Positions 55,870-64,000 of a stretch of 64,000 nt of DNA are shown here, piece by piece. The stretch is taken from the NCBI RefSeq assembly GCF_009914755.1, contig NC_060939.1; one strand, given 5' to 3'. Each line of letters starts with the position of its first letter. Positions within the stretch are counted from its first letter, which is position 1. The notes beneath the pieces are model-generated. The model worked only from the letters and a program-made list of their open reading frames with translations, was not told the origin of the DNA and did not search any database. Both the position numbers and the translations under genes were made by a program. This stretch comes from the human T2T-CHM13v2.0 reference genome, Homo sapiens.

Positions 55870-56250
55870 TTTCAAATAAGAGAAGTTAGTTGGTTGCTAT
55901 GTGGGAAGTGATATGACAACAGAGTTGTTGAATTATTTACTCTAAATTACAGCTAAAGGTGACCTGAACTAAGGGAGTGTTACTGGAATAGAAAACAAAA
56001 GTAGATTATGAGTAAGAATTGACAGAACGATAGGAATGATGGGATGTGATAGGTGGCAGAGAGGAGGAGTCACTGGTGAAGGCCTGTTTTTGATTTAGTT
56101 CGCCATTTATTTGGCAATGTTCTTCATTAAAATAGTGAGAATATGACATAAAATTTAGGAGATGGGTGGGAAATAAGATTTTCAATTTGGACATGTTAAG
56201 TTTGGGGTATCCATGGGATAGTGGAGACGTTTATGAGCAGTTTATAGACT
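55870..56250 (-). mobile_element. L2 fragment
   Basis: TTCAATTTGGACATGTTAAGTTTG motif. Confidence 0.6.
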
Positions 56251-56794
56251 CATTAGCATAAAACGGTTGCTCATACTTACAACGAACAAATTAAATTAAA
56301 ATTTGCCTTTAACAGAAAGGTGCTATGGGACTATCTTTGAGTCTAAACTTAGGCTATTATGATAAGTTTCATTCTCCCTCTGCTTTACATAGCAACAAGA
56401 CTTTTGATGAACTACAGGAGTTATTGACATTTCACTTCTCCCCAGTACCGTCAGTCATTGTTTAGAATTTAAGTATTACAAATGAAATCCCGAGATTAGT
56501 GAAGGCATTGCCATTTTTTGTTCCACTCAGATGTTTTGTTTTTTCTCAACTTTGAGACTTTGGGGATTTTATGGATGACATGATACAGAATGACTATGTA
56601 CTTGTAGTTGTGTACAAAGTACTAAAATAATGCCTTTTGATTGATTCAAATTTACATTCACAATGGCCTGATAAAAGGAACTAGTTATTAAAGCTTTATC
56701 TACACATCACAAAAACTAAGGTAGCAACTAAAAATTGTCAATAATATATAGAGAGAGGCAAAGGAGGGTTTACTAAGTGAAAAGGGCAGAAAAA

Positions 56795-56995
56795 GGGTTC
56801 ATGTTTATTGAGTCTTTTGAAGTGCCAGCACTTTTATATCTGTTATATAATAGCATTCAAAGTTCATAAAATCACTTGAGATAGATATTATTAGTTCTAC
56901 TTTGAAAGTGAAGCAAGTGAGACTGACAAAATGGAAACATTTGCTTATTATCAAATGCCTAGGAATCAGTAAATTCTAGATTCAAATTCCTGCCG
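56795..56995 (-). mobile_element. MIR
   Basis: TTTATTGAG...GTGCCAG...GAGATAGATATTATT...GATTCAAATTCC. Confidence 0.6.
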
Positions 56996-57270
56996 GAGGG
57001 TCTTCAAATGAGATGTTGGAAGTTGTTGCTGTTCTGGCTATGTTAGCCTACAACAGTGAGCAGCTCAATAAAAGATTTTGGAATATCAGATGATTTAGGT
57101 ATTCCAACTCTGCTCCCATAAAAACCTAGTGGCAAAGTAAGAATTTATGACTATAAGGAATTAAAGCAAAGCTTCTATCCATTATTTATGATTGATCAGT
57201 TTCATAGCCCTTTTGGCTAGAGGAAAAATTTTCTCCACTTAATTTTGTCCAAATGTATCAAAGGCTGTTT

Positions 57271-57858
57271 TGTAAGGTCCCAGTAAAGACATCACACAAG
57301 GAAACTGTGAAATAAAGGCTCAAATTAAGCCTCATGTGATGTGCTGTCTTGACATCTGAAGAAGCTGGGAGGGCCTTGAATGGCCTAACTGTTAAGTTCT
57401 TCACCTGTCTCTGCTCCCACAGATATGATTCCCTAGCCAAACAACCCTCCTTATCAAGTAGACCAGATACAGATCCTATGTATCTCATAGTAATAAGTTT
57501 CAGTTCCTTGCCAGCCTGTGGAATTATTCAAATAATCCTATCACATCCCTCTTGCCAGCCTGTGGAATTATTCAAATAATCCTATCACATCCCTCTGTGG
57601 GAACCAGGGGTCACTGCACCCTTTTGCTGCCATAGGTCACCTCCGACAGACCTGCCACTTCACTCTGGTCCTGGGCGCAACTGCTGTGTGTCTCCACATG
57701 ACATGCAGTGTCCTTTTCCCCTGGGAGTGGGTTTATGTGACTAATAAACGGATGATGATCTCATCTTCCAGTGTCAGGTTGTGTGTTTGGCCATTCCCAT
57801 CACCTTAGGGTAGAAATCTCTCCCTCATTAATAGAGTGAATAGGAGGGGATTAAAACA
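57271..57858 (+). mobile_element. ERV1-class solo LTR (MER4 group; subfamily uncertain)
   Basis: TG...CA ends; AATGGCCTAACTG...CCCTAGCCAAACAACCCTCCTTATCAA; AATAAA near 57743. Confidence 0.7.
57507..57594. repeat. Perfect 44-bp tandem duplication
   Basis: CTTGCCAGCCTGTGGAATTATTCAAATAATCCTATCACATCCCT x2. Confidence 0.97.
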
Positions 57859-57939
57859 ACACTCATCAAGGAATAATAATCGTTAAGTGAGAATTTTGAT
57901 CTTTTGTTTCATTGGCATAGGAACCATCCAGAGAGTCAG

Positions 57940-58319
57940 CGTATTAGTACGTTCTCACGCTGCTATAAAGAAATACCTGAAACTGGGTAATGTATAATGA
58001 AAAGAGGTTTCACTAGCTCATGGTTCCACAGGCTGTACAGGAAGCATGGCTGGGGAGGCCTCAGAAAACTTACATTTATGGTGGAAAGTGAAAGGGAAGC
58101 AAGTATGTCTCACATGGCTGGAGCAGGAGGAAGAGAGGGAAGGGGGAGTTGCTACACACTTTTAATCAAACAAATCTCATGAAAACTTGCTATCATGAGA
58201 ACAGCAAGGGAGAAATCCACCTTCGTGATCCAATCACCTCCCACCAGGGCCCTCCTCCAACACTGGACACTACAATTCTACATGAGATTTGGATGCGGAC
58301 ACAGATCCAAACCCTACCA
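57940..58319 (-). mobile_element. MSTA-like MaLR solo LTR
   Basis: GTATTAGT...AGGCTGTACAGGAAGCATGGC...CAAACCCTACCA; perfect TSD GTCAG. Confidence 0.93.
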
Positions 58320-58499
58320 GTCAGAGAATCCCTGAAGCTAACCCCAAAAGTGACCTCTTACTTCATGGATGCTCTGAATAAGAGATCAGGGGAAGATGAA
58401 TAAAAGACTTCAAGAAGCCTATCTTGTTTCACTGTCCTTTTCTAAGAGTAAAGGGAGAAATACATAGGTGAAATCTGGAGTGTTAGATCCTGGAAAAAT

Positions 58500-58750
58500 A
58501 CAGCATAGTGACGAAAGGTGCAGACTCAGGACTCAGGAACTGGTTTCACGGAGTTCAAATCCTAGCTTCCACACATACTAGTTTTGTGGCCTTTAGCAAG
58601 CTTATTTACATCTCTATGACCTATTTTCAGCCCCTGTATAAAAAGGAAATAATTATACCTAATAATATAATTGGTAAATGTGGTGAAGATCATAGAACTT
58701 TAAGTAGCAAAGTACTTATTTCAGTGCCTGCTTTTTGCTAAGTGTTATCT
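58500..58750 (+). mobile_element. MIR
   Basis: GTTCAAATCCTAGCTTCCAC...TGTGGCCTTTAGCAAG. Confidence 0.75.
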
Positions 58751-58811
58751 GATTAATAATGCTGGTGTTTCTGTCAGTAATAGTATTATAAGTAGAATTA
58801 TTAGGTAGCCA

Positions 58812-58890
58812 TTATGTTGAACCATATGAAATTAACACTTTTTATGTAAAAATGAGATAAAATATAGGCAATTTCTTCTGATCAGCTTCA
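58812..58890. mobile_element. MADE2 MITE
   Basis: TTATGTTGAACCATATGAAATT...GGCAATTTC. Confidence 0.7.
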
Positions 58891-58980
58891 TTCATGTACA
58901 TATTCTTGGTGTTAACCACTGAGAAGAGAAATTCTGAAACTTCAGGTTATTACTGATTTCTTACTCTGGAGAAGCGTATC

Positions 58981-59334
58981 TGATATGGTTTGGCTACACG
59001 TCCCCACCCAAATCTCATGTCACATTGTAATCCCCACGTGTCTGAGGTGGGACCAGATGGGAGGTGATTAGATCATGGGGCTGGTTTCCCCCATGCAGTT
59101 CTCATGACAGTGAGTGAGCTCTCATGATATCTGGTGGTTTAAAAGTTGGTAGCAGCTCCCTACCCCCACCTGCAACCACGTAAGATGTGCCTTGCTTCCC
59201 CTTGACCTTCTGCCATGATTGCAAGTTCCCTGAGGCCTCTTCCAGGCATGCAGAACTGTGAGCCAATTAAACCTGTTTATAAATTACCCAGTCTCAGGTA
59301 GTTCTTTCTGGCAGTGTGAATACGGACGAATACA
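58981..59334 (+). mobile_element. MSTA/THE1-like MaLR solo LTR
   Basis: TGATATGGTTTGG start; ...ACGGACGAATACA end. Confidence 0.92.
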
Positions 59335-59404
59335 CACAATCTCTAACAGTATCCATAACAGAAGTTCAGTAACCACAGAGCATGAAAGTCATGGTCAGGT
59401 TCCT

Positions 59405-59462
59405 GGGACTTGTATACAGATAGGGACTTGTACACAGATAGGGACTTGTATACAGATAGGGA
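59405..59462. repeat. 18-bp minisatellite, about 3.2 copies
   Basis: GGGACTTGTA(T/C)ACAGATA x3 plus GGGA. Confidence 0.95.
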
Positions 59463-60146
59463 AAGTCTTATATCACCCACTAGGTGACAAAAAGGCTGTA
59501 AGCTTTGTGAGATTTCAAGGGAAGAAAAGAGCTTTGCAGCAGACTCAGGCTGTGGTGTGAGCAGCCCTGCTACTGCCGTGTGACCTGGCAGATAAATGAT
59601 ATTAGATGCATCAGTGGTTGGAAAAGATGCCAAAGGGACAGCAAGTAAGAAAAGATATCTCTGCCCTCCTGGCAAAAGTAATTAGCACTACCATCAGGAG
59701 GAGGTAAAACAGAGAAGAACAAGTTCAGTAACCATCTGGGTGCCTCTTGCTATACTTCTTCCTAATTCATGGTAAATGAGCAAGTGCAGCCACCATAGCC
59801 TGAGAAGTGCATAGTGACTACGGGCATGCAACCCTTCAGAAATGAGAATCTTGGTCACTCTACCCTCCCCACCACCACCCCACCCCACCCACCCCGGCCC
59901 AGGAAAGGTACCTAGACCTGCAAATGGGCCAGCTTAGGATGAGGGAGATCTAGAATGGCTAGTAGGAAAAGGGCATGATAAGTATTGTTAAAGCCTCATG
60001 ACCAGCAGTCATGGTGAGGACTGCAGTATGTCCTATCAACAACCTCTTCTTATGTTTCCTCACGAAAAGAAGTCACCAGAATTCTGAAGATGCTGAGCCC
60101 CAAACTTACATGAAGCCACTGGATTTAAGTACAGCAAGGGGTGGAT
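59463..60146 (+). mobile_element. ERVL internal remnant (ERV3-16A3-like)
   Basis: pol-like GCTTTGCAGCAGACTCAGGCTGTGGTG...GCAGCCCTGC; polypurine tract AAGGGGTGGA before the LTR. Confidence 0.6.
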
Positions 60147-60568
60147 TGTGATGGATGCTGTGAGATGCCCTCCACAGCCCCCAGGACTGAGACCCCCATA
60201 CTTTCCTAGCCACTGGGAGTACTAGTGACTCACAGCTGGAGTTGAGAGCCCCTCTCCTCCTCGTGAGTTTCCCAGATGGAAGCGTGTCACCTCACCCAAG
60301 CTCATGTGTCCTCCCTTGAGTAACCCACATGAAACACCTGGTCTATGTAAAAAGCCTAGTCCTTTACTCCACTAGGGGACAACTCAATGGGACCATTCCA
60401 GCCCAGCTCAGACCTAGGTTATGAATGCATCACAGTCTGATTTCTCCTTCTATCAAATTCTGATTCCTTCCATCCAAGGAAAGTATAGATCCTGAAAGCA
60501 CACCCCAGAAAATTCCCAGCCACAATCTCTGACTCAGTCAAGCCTCCTGGGGAACCTGACATGTGACA
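60147..60568 (+). mobile_element. LTR16-family ERVL LTR
   Basis: TGTGATGGATGCTG start directly after the PPT; ...CTGGGGAACCTGACATGTGACA end. Confidence 0.78.
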
Positions 60569-60981
60569 TACTATTTGGCTCTGAATAAGTACTCAATTCT
60601 TCTTAGCTGTCATTTTCTAATTGACCAAGCTGGAGCCAATGGGGTCCAACCAGGAAATAACTTTATTCTCTCTAACCACTTGCTGTGAAGACTAACCAAT
60701 GCCACTGCTAGATGAAATATCAGACAGGTCTTTAGGGCTTCTAATTCTCTTTAGTAATGTAAACCGTCTTATAAACCATAAGTAAAATGGCCATCCTTTC
60801 TCTGGGTGCTCTCAGCTTCCTAGGTGGCCTTCTTTGGGGGGCTTTTATTTTTTTTTATTTTTATTTTTTTTCAGAAAATTCCAGAAAACTTCTCCCAAAG
60901 GGCCTACACTTGGTTTTTGAGAAACCTGCACTATCACAATGTTCTGCAGAAGTCATAGAATATCCTTGTCTTTGCTTTCAG

Positions 60982-61060
60982 ATGTCTCCAAGTGGTGGTG
61001 AGACATCATCAAATCCTAAGAAACAATATACTTGAAGATTTTTCACTCACTGCATCAAAG
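60982..61060 (+). other. Candidate 79-nt exon
   Basis: TCCTTGTCTTTGCTTTCAG acceptor; AAG|GTAAGA donor. Confidence 0.45.
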
Positions 61061-62187
61061 GTAAGAAAAATACTTCTCTCCACTCCCTAAAGATATGTTA
61101 CTTTTTTGCCTCGTCAACCTGTTCTCTTACAGTCTGGAGATCCGTCATGAACGATGCTGGCAGAATGAGTTTTATCACATCCTGATGTGGTAGTTCAGCT
61201 CTTCCACTTAGGCTGGTAGGGTTCTGAGAACATTATATTTTTCTCAACAACTGGGGCCCTGGCCCAAAAGGAGACAAAAAAATCCCTCGTTAGCATCCCA
61301 TTATAATTATTATTAACAGTAATTACATGTAAGAGCAAATGCCACTCTTGTTATTTACTTGAAAATTAATTATGTAAAAAAATTGTTAGCAAATAATTTC
61401 CCCATATGGCTTTTTGTACTGGATGTATAATAAAATGTAGATTGAAAGTGAACTATTTCTTACAACATAAAGAGTAGATAAAAATCTACTTTCACGATCT
61501 GACTGGCAGTTTTGGAATTTGAAATCTCTGTCTTTGTCTCTCTGTCTTTTTCACACACATGTGCACACACAAACACACAACTAGTTCATTTGTTTTATAA
61601 ACATTATAATTTGCTTCTAAATTATGAGCTACTGGATGTTACTGGAAGACACATTTCTACAAACAAAATATTCTGGGAGCAGATAGATTATTATATTATC
61701 AATAAATTAAAAGACAAAACATAATAAATGGAGTATTTTTTGCTATACTTTTCTTTTGTAACCTTGGGTTTTGAATCACTATCTACATCTCACTCTAGTT
61801 CATACAAACTATGATGGAATAAATACAGCTGGAACAATCTATTGAAGCTCATTGCACAATTATATTTTCACACTGCTGATTAACTTATATGTTTACATCA
61901 CTGTTTTAGTCTTCCTTTCTTTAATCAATAGTATTTTATCTCATCAATAATTTATAGACATAAAGGAAATAAGTCTAAGAATAAAAATAATTTGCTTGCA
62001 CACTATAACCACTGAAGTAAGACATGGAGGTGTGATTGACAGCCCATAAGAAGCATTATCAGATATCCACAAACTCCAGAAATATTTGAATTTCATGTTG
62101 CTCTTGTAGGTTCTCAAAACATTCCATTTTTAAAGAGGCAATATTTTGATATTGTAGTTATTGATTTAAAGTAGACATTAAAAGATA

Positions 62188-62412
<225 letters not shown>

Positions 62413-62479
62413 GACCTCACTACTGTTGTAAAGGCAAGAAGTGTTTGGAGACATTTGATGGACCCCTGGGACAAGGTGG

Positions 62480-62960
62480 TGAAGATGGAGGGGAACCATT
62501 GAAGGAATTTCCACCAGAATGAGGTAGTATCAGATTTGCCACAATGTGGTGAATTACGAGATATTAGGGTGGGAGGTGGGTGGCCTGGAAGATGGAAGAA
62601 GAATTAAATTTTATTGCAACAATCTAAAAATGAGATGGTAACAACCTGAACTAAGATGGTAACAGGATTTGGAGAACTGGATAGATTCTAAACAAAACGT
62701 GGAAGGAATACCTTTACCTTTGGTAATTGCTTGCTTGTGGAGGGTGGGGGTGAAGCAGAGGACAAAGATGATGTGAAAGTCTGGTTTGGGTCACAAATTA
62801 AATATGGTGTCACTCACTGAGATAAGGATGACAGGAAGAAAATTAGGAATAGGTTTTTATAGGAAAAAAAAAACTTCAGTTTGCAATATTTTCAGTTTGG
62901 GTATTTGTGGTTAATTCAAGAAGCTATGTCACCTGAGGGCATTTCCACAGGTTTCTGGAG
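62480..62960 (-). mobile_element. L2 fragment
   Basis: CCTGAACTAAGATGGT, GGTGTCACTCACTGAGATA and TTCAGTTTG L2 phrases. Confidence 0.65.
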
Positions 62961-64000
62961 AGAAGAGTAGGAATAATTAGAATTGATGATCTTGGTTAGT
63001 ACTCTGTAAGGCATCACCATACAAGGGACTCACCATCAACTGCTGGTTACCACTCTCTGAACATAATACTCATCTTATAGATTAATTTAGGCGTTTTGAC
63101 TTAAGTGTTAAATTCTGTCAGGATTACATGTGTTTATTACCTATCCCAAGTAATATACAAAACAATAGAAATTAAGACAAACCTTAGAAGTTCCATTACC
63201 TATATCTTCTTGCATCTCATGAAATAAGATCTATGTCACTAACCTCTGTTAAAATAACTTCTTAAAACTAACTTTTTAAGCTCTTTCATAAATTCTTTAA
63301 GCTAATCTCTTTGAAAAATTCTCCATTTATCCTAAACTGAGCCAGTTAATAAAAATGAGAAAAAATGAGAATTTGGAGAAAATTTCATGATGAGAACAGA
63401 CTGTAGAGCTCAGTGGTATCTCACATTTTTCCAGCCCTTTCAAGTAAGGCTGATGCTCTTGCTAAATGTAAAATCCTATATTAATTTCCCATATCTTACA
63501 CCACTGCATCGTTTCTGCAATCAGTAAAGTACTGGATAATTTAAAACACTAAAATATGCCATTTTTCTCATGCCAATAAACCAAAGAAAAATCCACTGAT
63601 AGAGATGATAACAGTGTGAAGAACATGACAGGGAGATCAGAACAGAGGAAATAGCATGCTAATGACATTCAATATTCTCCCTGTGTGAAGTCATCAGCAT
63701 TTTTATTGCAACTATTTCTCAGCATACACTATTAGAATTTATTGAGTCAATCTGTCTCCATCACCTGTGATATAATATATTTTATTCAATAAGATATGAA
63801 ATAATATTTATCTTTCAACTCCAATGACTGGTTTTCAGGACAATAACTGCCTATCAACCAAGCATTACAAGAGTAGGAGAAGTTGTACATTTTAATATCT
63901 GACCGGAGAGTTGTCATTTTAGCATCTGCACATTTGGTATTAAGAAGGGTGCAGACTTCAAGAAATCACTCAGATTCAACAGTTATGGCAAAGGATGGCA

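Noticed and set aside
59405-59462. CRISPR-like repeat appearance
   Set aside because: Head-to-tail repeats with no spacers, in primate DNA

Overview
AT-rich, CpG-depleted primate (most likely human) intronic/intergenic DNA. I recognise no protein-coding gene. The listed ORFs are read-throughs of Alu, L1, THE1 and Tigger1, or chance ORFs. Roughly half the window is transposon-derived. This includes about 16 Alus, a 5'-inverted L1PB, long old L1M fragments, a near-complete THE1 MaLR provirus, MST/LTR16/LTR33-like/ERV1 LTRs, Tigger1, MER5, MER30, MADE1/MADE2, L2 and MIR. The most notable direct observations are: (1) a 19-nt insertion in the THE1 provirus that is an exact copy of sequence 3.75 kb upstream; (2) a twin-primed L1PB with a 19-bp TSD and a possible short 3' transduction; (3) a perfect 44-bp tandem duplication in an LTR; (4) a CRE/MEF2 motif cluster at about 37.8-38.8 kb and a motif-dense unique block at 46.1-47.1 kb; (5) several + strand exon-like segments that may belong to a spliced, probably non-coding, transcript. 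I see no convincing evidence of a new biological system. Repeat subfamily names come from recalled consensus sequences, not a database search, and old-repeat boundaries are approximate.
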